Below are positions 1 through 10,903 of a stretch of 64,000 bases of DNA, one piece after another. The DNA lies in the NCBI GenBank assembly GCA_963847625.1, contig CAWKAR010000025.1:119926-183925 (forward strand). The letters run 5' to 3'. Origin of the DNA: a candidate division FCPU426 bacterium (GTDB lineage: Bacteria > Oederibacteriota > Muellerivitia > Muellerivitales > Muellerivitaceae). Position 1 is the stretch's first letter. The number at the start of each line of letters is the position of its first letter. The translations under genes were made by a program, and so were the position numbers. Under the pieces are notes generated by a model. That model was not told the DNA's origin. It did no database searches and saw only the letters and a list, made by a program, of their open reading frames with translations.

Positions 1-19
1 GGCGAAGGCCGTCTGAGGG

Positions 20-1597
20 TTAAATGCCTTTCATGGCCGCAAATGCGGCTTTTGCGCTTTTCTTTTTATGTTTTAAGAAAAGTTTGTTGACGCCGCTTAG
101 GTAAGCCTTGGCCGAAGCTTCTATGACGTCGGTGGAAACACCCCGGCCGTGGACTTCATCGCCGTCAACAGAAATACTTACCGTTACTTCCCCCTGGGCA
201 TCCCTCCCCTGGGTCAGGGCTTTCAAGGCATAATTCTGGAGCTTTCCCTTAAAACCAGTGGCCCGATCAATGGCGTTGAAAACCGCGTCCACCGGGCCGT
301 CACCTGTGGCCGCCTCCTGCACTTCCTTGTCACCCTTTTTGATCTTCAAGGTGGCCGTGGGCAGGGTAGAAGTTCCAGCGGACGTGTGCAAATAGGTCAA
401 CTGATAAAGCTCGGCGGAGGAGTAAATCTTCTCCTCGATCAAAGCCTCGATGTCTTCGTCATAGATATCTTTTTTCTTATCGGCTAATTCCTTGAACTTG
501 GAAAAAAGAGTCTCCACGATTTCTTCCGCGAGGTTGTAGCCCAAGCCTTCCAACCGGCTTTTAAAAGCATGACGGCCCGAATGTTTACCCAAAACCAGAC
601 GACTGGAAGGTATACCAATGGATTGGGGCGTCATGATCTCATAGGTTTGGCCATATTTGAGAATGCCGTCCTGATGGATGCCGCTTTCATGGGCGAATGC
701 GTTGCTTCCTACGACGGCCTTGTTGGGCTGGATTAAAAATCCAGTTAAGGTCGAAACCAGCCGGCTGGTCTTGTAAATTTCCTGGGTATTAATATTCGTA
801 TAGAAGGGGTACTTGTCCGAACGGGTTTTGAGGATCATGACGATCTCTTCCAGGCTCGCGTTACCCGCCCGCTCGCCGATGCCGTTGATCGTGCACTCAA
901 CCTGCCTCACTCCGTTTTGGATGCCCGCGATGGAATTGGCGACCGCAAGCCCCAGGTCGTTATGGCAGTGGACCGAAATGATGGCTTTTTCAATGTTGGG
1001 AACCTTGTTGCGTAAATAGGCTATGGTTTTGCCGAACTCTTCAGGAATGGAGTAACCCACTGTATCCGGGATATTGACCGTCCGGGCACCATGCTTAATG
1101 GCCATTTCGATCATCTTGCACAGATAATCCAAATCCGAACGGGAAGCGTCCATAGCGGAAAATTCCACATCTTCCACGTATCGGCGGGCCAATTTGACCG
1201 AGTCAATGGCCGTTTGAAGGATCTCCTCCCGGGACTTGCGGAAGAGATACTTGAGGTGGATGTCGGAAGAGGAAATGAAAGTGTGGATGCGGGGCCGTTT
1301 GGCGGATTTGACTGCCTTGGCGCTGGCTTCAATGTCTTTCTTGATGGCGCGCGCCAAGCCGGCTACGACCGTTTTCTTGAGAGTCTTGGCGATTTTTTCA
1401 ACCGCCTCGAAATCTCCGGGGGAAGCAGCGGGAAAACCCGCCTCAATGATGTCGATACCCAGCTTTTCCAGCTGGATCGCGATCTTGATTTTTTCCTCGG
1501 TGTTGAGGCTGGCCCCGGGGGCCTGTTCCCCATCCCTAAGGGTGGTGTCAAAAATAAAAATTCTTTCTTGTTTTGGCGAACCGCGTTTAGGTTTCAT
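20..1597 (-). CDS. leuA: 2-isopropylmalate synthase
   Basis: [28 protein letters not shown] motifs; C-terminal regulatory domain (GDGPVDA). Confidence 0.97.
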   Translation of the reverse strand: MKPKRGSPKQERIFIFDTTLRDGEQAPGASLNTEEKIKIAIQLEKLGIDIIEAGFPAASPGDFEAVEKIAKTLKKTVVAGLARAIKKDIEASAKAVKSAKRPRIHTFISSSDIHLKYLFRKSREEILQTAIDSVKLARRYVEDVEFSAMDASRSDLDYLCKMIEMAIKHGARTVNIPDTVGYSIPEEFGKTIAYLRNKVPNIEKAIISVHCHNDLGLAVANSIAGIQNGVRQVECTINGIGERAGNASLEEIVMILKTRSDKYPFYTNINTQEIYKTSRLVSTLTGFLIQPNKAVVGSNAFAHESGIHQDGILKYGQTYEIMTPQSIGIPSSRLVLGKHSGRHAFKSRLEGLGYNLAEEIVETLFSKFKELADKKKDIYDEDIEALIEEKIYSSAELYQLTYLHTSAGTSTLPTATLKIKKGDKEVQEAATGDGPVDAVFNAIDRATGFKGKLQNYALKALTQGRDAQGEVTVSISVDGDEVHGRGVSTDVIEASAKAYLSGVNKLFLKHKKKSAKAAFAAMKGI

Positions 1598-1611
1598 TTA
1601 TTTCTCCTAAT

Positions 1612-2511
1612 TTATATCCGGTCGATGTTGGACAAATTTTGAGTGTGAATAGATTTTGTTTTCTTTATTTTTTCAACGCTCTTTTTTGTAAGTGCTTGGA
1701 CAATCCCCCACAAGAGATAAATCGTCAAAAATACGAATGCGGTCGGTTCAAATGCGTAAAAAAGCAAGAAAATGAGCATCACCATCATCATCAGGGTCAA
1801 CGGTTTTATGGTTTCCCTCCTCAGTTTTTTCAAGCCGGGATATCGGATTGTTGAAACCATAACAAGCGCCACTACGACTGTCAGTATTGGGATAAAACGG
1901 AGTTCAATACTGCTTAGATTTTCCTCGTACAAGTTCATGACCTTATTCAAGAAAATACCTTTCCCATACCAGCCGCCCCAACGGGACAGGAGGACATAAC
2001 TAGTAAGCAATCCCGCAGCCGCGGGACTCGGCAAGCCCATGAAATGAGTCTTTTCCTCAACTTGCGACTGGACGTTGAAACGGGCCAACCTGATGGCGGC
2101 GCAAACCACGTACAAGACCATAATAAAAATTCCCCAGGGTATGTACCTAAGGACGGATAAATATATCAAAAGAGCCGGGGCCACTCCAAAACTGATCAAG
2201 TCGGATAAGCTGTCGAATTCCACCCCGAATTTCGAGGTGGTTCCCGTGACGCGAGCTACGAAACCATCCATAAAGTCGACAAAGGCGGCGGCGATGATGA
2301 GTCGGGCGGGCCAGACAAAGGGTATGATCTTTGTTTCTGCCGCCAAGGACAAGTTTAAGGAATCATCGATGGCAAAGCGGATGGCCAGGATCCCTAATAC
2401 CATATTGATGGCCGTAAAAAAATTCGGAAGCAAGTAAATGGACTTCCGCAGCCGCGAGTTGGCCGCCCGGCCCGACTCATATTCGCTTGATTTTATTCTC
2501 AGTGCGCTCAT
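1612..2511 (-). CDS. pssA: CDP-diacylglycerol--serine O-phosphatidyltransferase
   Basis: LLPNFFT start, CDP-alcohol motif DFMDGFVAR...GVEFDSLSD, RLARFN; adjacent to psd. Confidence 0.92.
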   Translation of the reverse strand: MSALRIKSSEYESGRAANSRLRKSIYLLPNFFTAINMVLGILAIRFAIDDSLNLSLAAETKIIPFVWPARLIIAAAFVDFMDGFVARVTGTTSKFGVEFDSLSDLISFGVAPALLIYLSVLRYIPWGIFIMVLYVVCAAIRLARFNVQSQVEEKTHFMGLPSPAAAGLLTSYVLLSRWGGWYGKGIFLNKVMNLYEENLSSIELRFIPILTVVVALVMVSTIRYPGLKKLRRETIKPLTLMMMVMLIFLLFYAFEPTAFVFLTIYLLWGIVQALTKKSVEKIKKTKSIHTQNLSNIDRI

Positions 2512-3176
2512 TTCAATTCCCCTAACACCGTTAAACCGGCTTGTACCTTGTCTCCCAATTTAACAACGGGCTTAAAATCCATGGGAAGAAACAGATCCAC
2601 CCGGGAACCAAGCAGGATTCTCCCGAAACGTTCCCCCCGTTTTAACCGCTTGCCATTCTCGGCATCGGTCTTTACTCTCCGGCAAAGGAAACCTGCGATC
2701 TGTTTGAGGACAGCTCTCCTTTTTTTTCTTCCCGGGAGTTCCAATACCAAGTGAGCCTGTTCATTTTTTAAATCGGCCTTATCTTCATAAGCCGCCAGAA
2801 ATTGACCCGGGTGGTAAACTTTTTTCACCACCCGGCTATCGAAAGGAGCCCGTTGGACGTGGTTGTTCAATGGGTTCATGAAAATGGCGATGTGGAATGC
2901 CCGCTTTTTGAGGTAAAGCCTTTCAAATTCTTCCCCAAAAACCACAATTTTTCCATCTGCCGGGCTTACAACCTCGTTCGGATCCAACAAGCTGTCAGGT
3001 ATCCGTTCAAAATCCCTGAAAAAATTCAACATCAGGGCTATCGCCAACAAAATCACAACGCCTGTTAAGATTAGCCAAAACATCTGGTAATGCTTACCCA
3101 CACCCACCAAGGCCATGCCAGCCAAAAAGGTCGGCACAACCATGCTCCAAGTTTCTTTAACAAATGGCAGCTTCAT
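2508..3176 (-). CDS. psd: Phosphatidylserine decarboxylase proenzyme
   Basis: FFRD, SPADGK, IFM..NHVQRAP, KNE, QIAG and LGSRVD self-cleavage motif. Confidence 0.92.
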   Translation of the reverse strand: MKLPFVKETWSMVVPTFLAGMALVGVGKHYQMFWLILTGVVILLAIALMLNFFRDFERIPDSLLDPNEVVSPADGKIVVFGEEFERLYLKKRAFHIAIFMNPLNNHVQRAPFDSRVVKKVYHPGQFLAAYEDKADLKNEQAHLVLELPGRKKRRAVLKQIAGFLCRRVKTDAENGKRLKRGERFGRILLGSRVDLFLPMDFKPVVKLGDKVQAGLTVLGELK

Positions 3177-4174
3177 TATTTCTCGGCTGGTTTGCTCCAG
3201 TTGAACATGCTCCTTACCTGGGCCCCAACTTTCTCTATCAAATGCTGGGAATCGTTCTTTAACAGAGCGTTATAAACAGGCCGATTGGCCAGGTTTTCCA
3301 GTATGAACTCCCGTGCGAATGAACCGGACTGGATTTCCGCCAGGATTCGCTGCATTTCATGACGTGTACTATCGTTAATGATACGACGTCCCCGGGTAAC
3401 ATCACCGTATTTCGCCGTGGTTGAAATGGCATCCCTCATGCCACTAATGCCTTTTTCGTATATCAGGTCCACTATAAGTTTCACCTCATGGAGACATTCA
3501 AAGTAGGCTGATTCGGGCTGATAACCAGCCGCCACGAGAGTCTCAAAACCGGATCGAATCAATTCTGTTAAACCCCCGCACAAAACCACTTGTTCCCCGA
3601 ACAAATCGGTTTCAGTTTCTTCCTTGAAAGTTGTCTCCAAAATCCCTGCTCGGGTGGCGCCGATAGCCTTTCCATAGGCCAAAGCCAACTTCAGGGCGTT
3701 CCCTGTGGCATTTTGAAATACAGCCACCAAGGCCGGAACTCCCTTACCATCTAAATAGGTCCGGCGAACCAAATGGCCGGGACTTTTTGGCGCAATCATG
3801 AATACGTCCACGTCAGAAGGCGGTACGATCTGGCCGAAATGGATGTTGAATCCATGAGAAAACATGAGGGCTTTTCCCGCTTTCATCGAAGGAAGAATAT
3901 CGTTTCGGTAAAGGGCTCCCTGGAGGTCGTCTTGAATAAGAATTTGGATGATATCGGCTTTGGCCGCCGCTTCCTTGGCATTATAGACTGCTATTCCATC
4001 AGCTTTGGCCTGTTGTATAGTCTTTTCGAACTTTTCGGCGACAATAACCGAAATGCCGGAATCCTTCAGATTCAAAGCTTGATTTCGCCCTTGGTTACCG
4101 TAACCAATAATCGCGATTGTTTTACCCTTAAGAACGTTTAAATCGGCATCCTGTTCGTAATAAATTTTTGCCAT
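3176..4174 (-). CDS. ilvC: Ketol-acid reductoisomerase
   Basis: [25 protein letters not shown]; start moved to the ATG of MAKIYY after a GGGAGG RBS. Confidence 0.97.
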   Translation of the reverse strand: MAKIYYEQDADLNVLKGKTIAIIGYGNQGRNQALNLKDSGISVIVAEKFEKTIQQAKADGIAVYNAKEAAAKADIIQILIQDDLQGALYRNDILPSMKAGKALMFSHGFNIHFGQIVPPSDVDVFMIAPKSPGHLVRRTYLDGKGVPALVAVFQNATGNALKLALAYGKAIGATRAGILETTFKEETETDLFGEQVVLCGGLTELIRSGFETLVAAGYQPESAYFECLHEVKLIVDLIYEKGISGMRDAISTTAKYGDVTRGRRIINDSTRHEMQRILAEIQSGSFAREFILENLANRPVYNALLKNDSQHLIEKVGAQVRSMFNWSKPAEK

Positions 4175-4273
4175 TTTCACTTCCTCCCTTTTTTGCTGAC
4201 TAACCACCAATCGCACACCGTAACAAAATTTCAAAGATTTATTTTTCAGGCTACTTAAGATTGAAAACCAATT

Positions 4274-4816
4274 TTAAAGATTGGACTGTCCGGCTTTTCC
4301 GGCCTGCACTTTTACTGTTTTTTCTTCTTCCTCGTGAACTTTCTTTCCCCGGGAAATGGCAACCTCACCGGTACGAACCATTTCAATAATTCCATAATTT
4401 TTCAAAAGTTCGATCATCCCATTGATCTTACTTTCCTTGCCCGTGACCTCGATGATGAAGCTCTTGAGGGCCACGTCCACGATTTTAGCGTCGAAGCATT
4501 GGACGATTTCCATGACCTGGCTTCGCGAGTGGGGCTCTGCCTTGACCTTGATGAGGGTCAAGTCCCGTGCGATGAAATCGTCGCCAGTCAAGTCCACCAC
4601 TTTAATAACGTCGACAAGCTTGTTCAACTGCTTTTCCACCTGATCAATGATCTGGTCGTCGCCCTTCGCGACGATGGTCATTCGGGAGATGGCAGGGTTG
4701 TCGGTGATGCCCACCACCAGGCTGTCGATGTTGTAACCCCGAGCCGAGAAAAGATTTGAAACCCGGGAAAGCACCCCCGCATGATTATTCACTAAAACCG
4801 AAATAGTATGCCTCAT
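4274..4816 (-). CDS. ilvN: Acetolactate synthase small (regulatory) subunit
   Basis: MRHTISVLV..GVLSRV..LFSARGYNIDSL ACT domain, KQLNKLVDVIKV. Confidence 0.96.
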   Translation of the reverse strand: MRHTISVLVNNHAGVLSRVSNLFSARGYNIDSLVVGITDNPAISRMTIVAKGDDQIIDQVEKQLNKLVDVIKVVDLTGDDFIARDLTLIKVKAEPHSRSQVMEIVQCFDAKIVDVALKSFIIEVTGKESKINGMIELLKNYGIIEMVRTGEVAISRGKKVHEEEEKTVKVQAGKAGQSNL

Positions 4817-6591
4817 TTGCGGCCTCCTTTGCCTTTGGCTTTATCGGCGCCTTTGACGCGCGTCTTGGTTTCGGCCGTCAAGCGCTGTTGTTCGTCCTGT
4901 TTCGAAAACATCATATCCTTGACCGCCCCGCCGGCCGGAACCATGGGATAAACGTGCTCTTCCGCGTCCACGTGCACATCCACGATGCAGGGCCCCTTGG
5001 TCTTGAACGCTTCCTCTAGCATCGAAGTCGTATCCTGGGGAGTCTCCGCGCGGTAGCCCTTGATGCCGTAGGATTCGGCCAGCTTGACGAAATCCGGCTG
5101 GGCCGGTATGGGCGTGCTCGCGTAGCGTTTGCCAAAAAAGAGGTCCTGCCACTGCTTCACGAAGCCCAGAAACTTGTTGTTGAAAATAACCACTTTGACG
5201 TTGAGATTGTACTGTTTGACGATCGCGAGTTCCTGCAGGTTCATCTGGAAGCTGCCATCGCCCGCCAAGTCCACGACGGTTGCGTCCGGGAAGGCAAAAG
5301 AAGCCCCGATGGCCGCGGGAAAACCAAAACCCATGGTGCCCAGCCCCCCCGAGGTGATCAAACGCCGCGGCTTGGTGAATTTGTAATGTTGGGCTGACCA
5401 CATCTGGTGCTGGCCCACTTCGGTGGCAACAATGGCATCGCCCTTGGTGAGGCGGTAAATCTCATCCACGACGAACTGGGGTAGGATCGGGCCGTTCGGG
5501 TCCTGTTTGAACAACGCCAGCGGATGTTTCTTGTGCCAGGCATCCAATTCGTCGTACCACTCGTCGTAATCCTTGGTGCCAGCCATTTTGGTCAGGGCTG
5601 CGAGGATAGCGTTCATGTCGCCCAGGATATGGATGTCCACTTTCACGTTCTTGCCGATGGAGGTGGGGTCCACGTCGATGTGGATCTTCTTGGAGTGCGG
5701 AGAGAATTCTGAAATTTTTCCCGTCACCCGGTCATCAAATCGGCTACCGATGGCGATCAAGAGGTCGCAATGGGTCAAGGCCATATTGGCGCGGTAGGAC
5801 CCGTGCATGCCCAACATATCGATAAACTGGCGGTTGTTGGCCGGGAAGGCCCCCAAGCCCATCAAGGTCAAGGTCACGGGAATGTTGGTCTTCCGGGCGA
5901 ACTGGTAGAGCGCGTCTGAGGCGTTCGCGTTGATGACGCCGCCACCCGCGTAGATGAGGGGTTTTTTGGCCTGCTGGATGAGCTCGGCCATCTTCCCGAT
6001 CTGGCTAAAGTCGGGCTTGGGCACCAGTTTGGAAAGCGGAATAGACGTGTTCTTGGGGTACGGCACCTCGGCCGAAGCTGCCGAGATGTCCTTGGGAATA
6101 TCCACTAGGACCGGCCCGGGGCGGCCCGTTCGCGCGATAAAAAAGGCGTCCCGTAGGATTTGGGGTAGTTCCATGATGTTTTTCACTAGAAAGTTATGCT
6201 TGGTGCAGGAACGCGTGATTCCCACGATGTCGGCTTCCTGGAAGGCATCGGTTCCAATCAGAGTGGTCGGCACCTGGCCGGTAATAGCCACCAAAGGCAC
6301 AGAATCCATGCAAGCATCTGCTAAACCTGTCACCAGGTTGGTGGCTCCGGGACCGGACGTGGCAATACAAACCCCCACCTTGCCCGTGGCCTTGGCATAA
6401 CCTTCCGCCATGTGGATGGCCCCTTGTTCATGTCGGGTACCCACCAATTTGATTCGATCCGCGCAGTGATAAAGCGCGTCAAAAATCGGAAGAACCGCGC
6501 CCCCGGTTATTCCAAACATGATTTCCACGCCCTCGTCCATAAGCATGTCAGCAACCATTTGGGCTCCGGTTTTGAGTTTGATGTTAGACAT
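4813..6591 (-). CDS. ilvB: Acetolactate synthase large subunit
   Basis: RHEQGA, TSGPGATN, TDAFQEAD, SGGLGTMGFG, GDGSFQMN TPP-binding motifs. Confidence 0.97.
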   Translation of the reverse strand: MSNIKLKTGAQMVADMLMDEGVEIMFGITGGAVLPIFDALYHCADRIKLVGTRHEQGAIHMAEGYAKATGKVGVCIATSGPGATNLVTGLADACMDSVPLVAITGQVPTTLIGTDAFQEADIVGITRSCTKHNFLVKNIMELPQILRDAFFIARTGRPGPVLVDIPKDISAASAEVPYPKNTSIPLSKLVPKPDFSQIGKMAELIQQAKKPLIYAGGGVINANASDALYQFARKTNIPVTLTLMGLGAFPANNRQFIDMLGMHGSYRANMALTHCDLLIAIGSRFDDRVTGKISEFSPHSKKIHIDVDPTSIGKNVKVDIHILGDMNAILAALTKMAGTKDYDEWYDELDAWHKKHPLALFKQDPNGPILPQFVVDEIYRLTKGDAIVATEVGQHQMWSAQHYKFTKPRRLITSGGLGTMGFGFPAAIGASFAFPDATVVDLAGDGSFQMNLQELAIVKQYNLNVKVVIFNNKFLGFVKQWQDLFFGKRYASTPIPAQPDFVKLAESYGIKGYRAETPQDTTSMLEEAFKTKGPCIVDVHVDAEEHVYPMVPAGGAVKDMMFSKQDEQQRLTAETKTRVKGADKAKGKGGRK

Positions 6592-6778
6592 GGTTTTCTC
6601 CCTAGAAGATCCCGCCCTTTGGGGTGAAAGACCCAGATTTTACAATAATTCCAAGCGTTTGTTCAGAAATACCGGCCATATTCGCAGTTAATTCCGCGGT
6701 TTAAGCCGCTTCTTGAATAAACCCTTTAATTTTCAGGTCGGGTATTCTGCTTTGGCGGGGTGACTTTGGCCTTAAAAC

Positions 6779-6818
6779 AAAAAAGCCGCGGTGGCCCCAT
6801 TTGGCGGGACCCCGCGGC
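6779..6818 (-). terminator. Attenuator terminator hairpin of the ilv leader
   Basis: Minus strand GCCGCGG-(20 nt)-CCGCGGC followed by TTTTTTGTTTT, 13 nt after the leader peptide stop. Confidence 0.85.
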
Positions 6819-6831
6819 CTAGTAGCCGTCT

Positions 6832-6909
6832 TTAGGAGCGCACCGCCTCCGGACGCAATACAAGTACCAGTACCAAAAGAACTAAGTTAATTGCGTTTTC
6901 GAAGGCCAT
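6832..6909 (-). CDS. ilv operon leader peptide MAFENAINLVLLVLVLVLRPEAVRS (25 aa)
   Basis: Translated by hand; AAGGAG RBS at 6915-6920; ten consecutive Leu/Val codons plus one Ile; followed by a terminator upstream of ilvB. Confidence 0.88.
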   Translation of the reverse strand: MAFENAINLVLLVLVLVLRPEAVRS

Positions 6910-6995
6910 TTTTTCTCCTTAAAACAATCAGCTAAACTTATGGAAATATATCTTACCTATTTTTTCAAGTCAAGGGGATTGAGGAAAAAATAATT

Positions 6996-7592
6996 TCATG
7001 GACTAAAACACTTCCATAAAAGCCATAGAAAAACAAAAAAGATACCCCAAACAATAAATGAATTTTTGAAATCATCCCACCAAATGAGCCCCTTGTTTTC
7101 AGCAAAATACTTTCTAAAACGCCCAAAATAATAGATTGCGGGGGGCCCAAAAACCACGAATATTATTGAAGCTATGATTATGGTTTTTTGCGTTTCCGGA
7201 CTTTTTATAATCCGTAAAACAAGGAAAAACGAGATCAAAGCCATAGCCGATTGAATTATCCAAAAAACCACGTATTTAAAAAGATGGGGTGGAATTTGGA
7301 AAATATAAATTTGCCATGATTTACTCATCGCGTTCATGGCATGGTGCTCTTTTGGTAGACGGGTACCACACCGGTAACAAAACTTGATCAATTTGCCTTT
7401 ATGAAACCAGCTGTGATGATGAAGCGCTGTTGTATGTGGACAGGTTTTCACGATCCAAGACATGGAAATGGCAAACCAAACACAAAGAGAGATCTGGATC
7501 ACAAGACCAGCATTCAAGAACTGATAATCATAGTTGGAGGTAATCAGGCTTAATGCGAGGTTCAGGAACAAAAACCAATACCAAGGCTCCAA
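6996..7592 (-). CDS. Hypothetical membrane protein with possible zinc ribbon
   Basis: Several hydrophobic segments; CPH...CYRCG motif; start uncertain. Confidence 0.6.
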   Translation of the reverse strand: MEPWYWFLFLNLALSLITSNYDYQFLNAGLVIQISLCVWFAISMSWIVKTCPHTTALHHHSWFHKGKLIKFCYRCGTRLPKEHHAMNAMSKSWQIYIFQIPPHLFKYVVFWIIQSAMALISFFLVLRIIKSPETQKTIIIASIIFVVFGPPAIYYFGRFRKYFAENKGLIWWDDFKNSFIVWGIFFVFLWLLWKCFSP

Positions 7593-7777
7593 TATTCCGA
7601 TTAATCGTAAATCCTCCGTGGATTCCAGAAAATATCTTCAACCTTTTCCCAACGCCGTAAGTAATACCGGAACAATCAAAAAGGAGGCCAAAACCATGAA
7701 TTAAATTCCTTCCCAAAATTTAAAATATTATCCGGATCAATCCCCGGCTGAAAAGATAACGGCGGTTTTATTCTATT

Positions 7778-8491
7778 TCAAACCATTAGTTTTTGGCGTA
7801 TCCATAACGCAGCAAGAATCGAAAACCAAAGTATAAATACCACTCTTCCAATCGCTGAAAACCGTCCCATTTCTTTTCCCTCGGTTTTTTTTAAATAAAA
7901 ACAAATGAGATAGTTGAAAAAACAAAGCGCCATCGCGCCGAAGGCTAATAAAAGCTTGTAATAAAAATAATATAAGGAACCAATCGCTAAAAGGGTTGAA
8001 AGGCCAAAATAAAAACCCATCCAACCCCAAAGCCAGGAAATTACAAGTTTATTTATCAATGCTGAATATTTATCAGAAAAAGATTCGCCAGGTAAATATG
8101 AACCCATAATAAAAAAAAATAAATATAAAAAAATGAAACCCAAAAACATCGGCAAATAAATTATTGAGAAATGGTTATGATCTGTTAAGAAAAAAGTTGC
8201 TTCTAACCATAAAAAAAGGAAAGTCATTGCCCAAAGATTCGAAATAATCCCTGAATGCAATTTGGGTAGCCAAGTCATCATAATTGATCCTAATAAAGCG
8301 CAAATAATGATTGTAAAGAAAATAAAACCCTGAATCAATTTACCTTGATAAATATTTACCAACCCTTTAAGCAATTGAAACCCATGACTATCCTGACAAA
8401 TAGGCGCAGTTAGCAAATAAAGTAAATATAGAAACAACGTCATGATAATGAAAAGAATAATTTGGAAACTAAATTTGATTTTTTCAATCAC
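7778..8491 (-). CDS. Hypothetical multi-pass membrane protein
   Basis: 237-aa ORF with about 7 hydrophobic segments; AT-rich. Confidence 0.65.
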   Translation of the reverse strand: MIEKIKFSFQIILFIIMTLFLYLLYLLTAPICQDSHGFQLLKGLVNIYQGKLIQGFIFFTIIICALLGSIMMTWLPKLHSGIISNLWAMTFLFLWLEATFFLTDHNHFSIIYLPMFLGFIFLYLFFFIMGSYLPGESFSDKYSALINKLVISWLWGWMGFYFGLSTLLAIGSLYYFYYKLLLAFGAMALCFFNYLICFYLKKTEGKEMGRFSAIGRVVFILWFSILAALWIRQKLMV

Positions 8492-8519
8492 AAATGCCTA
8501 CCTTAAGACAGAAATAATC

Positions 8520-9330
8520 TAAAATGGTTTTCCGTCTTCTCCCCGGAGAATATAAAAAGGAAGAAATTCTTAAATGCATTGTGGCATAAGAGTTCTAGCT
8601 TGTGAAGGGTGTTCCACAGCAACTATGCGCCTTCTTCTATACCACAACCATATCCCCACATTAGAACGTCATTTGATCGAGTAAATAAAATTGGTTGATA
8701 AATTCCCAAAAGAAAAATGAATCAGATAAATATTGGCTCTTCTCCCACTTATATATAATTTATATTTGGGGAAGAGGAAGACTTTATAAAAATCATAGTC
8801 CGTCAACTTCTCGTAATTAGTTTTTAGAAATCCTAAATCTTTCCTTTTCTTCATTCCAAATAAGTTATTCATATTTTTTATAACTCATAAAAGATTTCGA
8901 TATCCACCTAAGTAAAAATTTTTCCTAATAACCTCAAACCGTTCTCATCAAATTCATTAAACATTTCAGCCCGGGGAACATGACCAACCAAATTATCGAA
9001 TAAATCATTTCTGGGCTTAATTTTTACAACTACATTTTCAATCGATTTGAGAAGTTCCATTAGCGCATTAGCTTTAAACTAAGTTAAGTTAGGTTGCAAG
9101 AAGCTTTGAAGCTGAAGTTTTGTTACGGTGGGTTAATCTAAATATAAAGTTTTGGCCACAGCTTTATTTCTTCGCCTTGATAAGTAGAACTTATTCTCAC
9201 AATTTCCTCAGGAACGATACCTCCATAAGAATCTCTAATAATGTACCGCAAAGATACACAAAAGCCTTTAAGGTATTCACTATATCTCAGCTTCTCCCTT
9301 GCATAATGTTGCCTAATCTTCTTTCCGCAT
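8520..9330 (-). pseudogene. Possible degraded gene remnant(s)
   Basis: Short protein-like minus-strand frames broken by stops (e.g. MELLKSIENVVVKIKPRNDLFDNLVGHVPRAEMFNEFD); no family recognised. Confidence 0.25.
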
Positions 9331-9730
9331 AAAAAATATTTAGATCCCTAAATCAAAAAAATTATAAAAAGAGGGAGAGTTTTACCAGGAAAAGATATAA
9401 GTTATGCGAGGGACGGTTTAAAAATTATGGCGAAAAAGATTGCAAAAAACTTGCTCGGCCAGGAGTAAAACTTTGAATAAGGTTTACAGTTTAAAGGATG
9501 AAAATAAACCTCGGCAAATACACAGGGCCTGCTAAACTTTATGAATTTCTTACAGCAATAGCATGCAATTGGATATAAAATCATAGCAAAATAAAATAAA
9601 AAAATTCTAAATCTAATATACATCATAGTATCATAATATAACGTAATATATCATAACGTTGTTTAGGTTATAATTGTATTGTTCATAACAACTTTGTTTT
9701 TTTCTTTATAAACAATCAAGGAGAAATGAA

Positions 9731-10213
9731 ATGAAACAGAAATGGTCCAAAGAAAAAATTGTTGAAACTATAAAGGAATTGCAAAAACAAAACATTGATA
9801 TATCAGCAAGCAATATTTCCAAGAACTATATCCCACTCTTTACCGCTGCTTGCTCCAGACGGTATTTCGCTAGTTGGGCCAATGCAATCAAAGCTGCAGG
9901 CATTGATTACAATTTAATATTGGAAGCAGGAAAAACGCGCCGTAGAAATAAATTAACGAAATGGTCAAAAGATCAAGTTCTTGAACTTGTTAAATCGGCT
10001 GATTCTAAAAATTTATTAACAACTTACCGGGATCGTCTTGCTCTTTATTCTGCAGCTCGTCGGGAATTTGGCAGTTGGAAACAAGCGTTAGAAGCTGCAG
10101 GTTATCGTCTGACCAAGGGATCACATAAGAATTCTAATCAAATCTTTAAAAAAGAAGAACAACCCGGTTCAATGACAAATCCCAATTTTTCGAAGGCTTC
10201 TCAAACGATTTAA
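9731..10213 (+). CDS. Two-repeat putative DNA-binding protein (homing-endonuclease-associated-repeat-like)
   Basis: AAGGAG RBS; two copies of KWSKE/D...(R)YF/EF-x-SW..A..AAG. Confidence 0.75.
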   Translation: MKQKWSKEKIVETIKELQKQNIDISASNISKNYIPLFTAACSRRYFASWANAIKAAGIDYNLILEAGKTRRRNKLTKWSKDQVLELVKSADSKNLLTTYRDRLALYSAARREFGSWKQALEAAGYRLTKGSHKNSNQIFKKEEQPGSMTNPNFSKASQTI

Positions 10214-10762
10214 TAAAGGTTTTTTAAAATATTTTTTAAGACAACCTGGTCTTAATATCCTTTTGTGACCTTTTTCATATTTTTAGTGTTATTAATTTTT
10301 TTACCTTTTGATGGCCAGCTTTTTTGTTCCCATTATTTTATTATCCTCAATACTAGTAAAGACCGCTGGCAAGTTTTCTTCCAAAACTACTTATACCAGA
10401 CCATTTTTTTAACTTATTAATTCCTTCGTTTGGTCTTCGTTTAAATTCGTTTTCCATACCATGGTCCCCGCTCACATCAAATATTCTTATGAAAATCGAA
10501 GTCGTTTCAAGGCAAAAAGTAACATTTACATCCCCGTCCATGGATGGGTTTGGATAACAGTAAGTTGTCCTTCCTTTAAAACAGCTTCACATGGATTATC
10601 CGCCACGATCAGATCGGCCCTTCTATCGCCATTTAGGTCACCAAACTTTATATCAGCTGGGAAGAATCCATCCGGCAAGTCGATTGATTATGATAGGTCA
10701 AATAATGGGATATCAAGGATCACTTTTTTTGAAGTCATTGTTAATATTTGAATTTCATTTGA

Positions 10763-10903
10763 GGGTACCTCTATAAATTGCTGTTCCCCTTCTCCCTAGA
10801 GGGGAGAAGGATGGGATGAGGGTAGAAATAGCGAGGTTTTTTACCCCTCACCCTACCCTCGCCCTCAAGGGGCGAGGGCTTAAATGGATTTTTAGAGGTT
10901 CCC
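10763..10903. mobile_element. 141-bp MITE with IS5-type terminal inverted repeats
   Basis: TIRs GGGTACCTCTATAAAT / GGGAACCTCTAAAAAT (14/16); TTGA duplicated at 10759-10762 and 10904-10907; palindromic interior. Confidence 0.85.
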
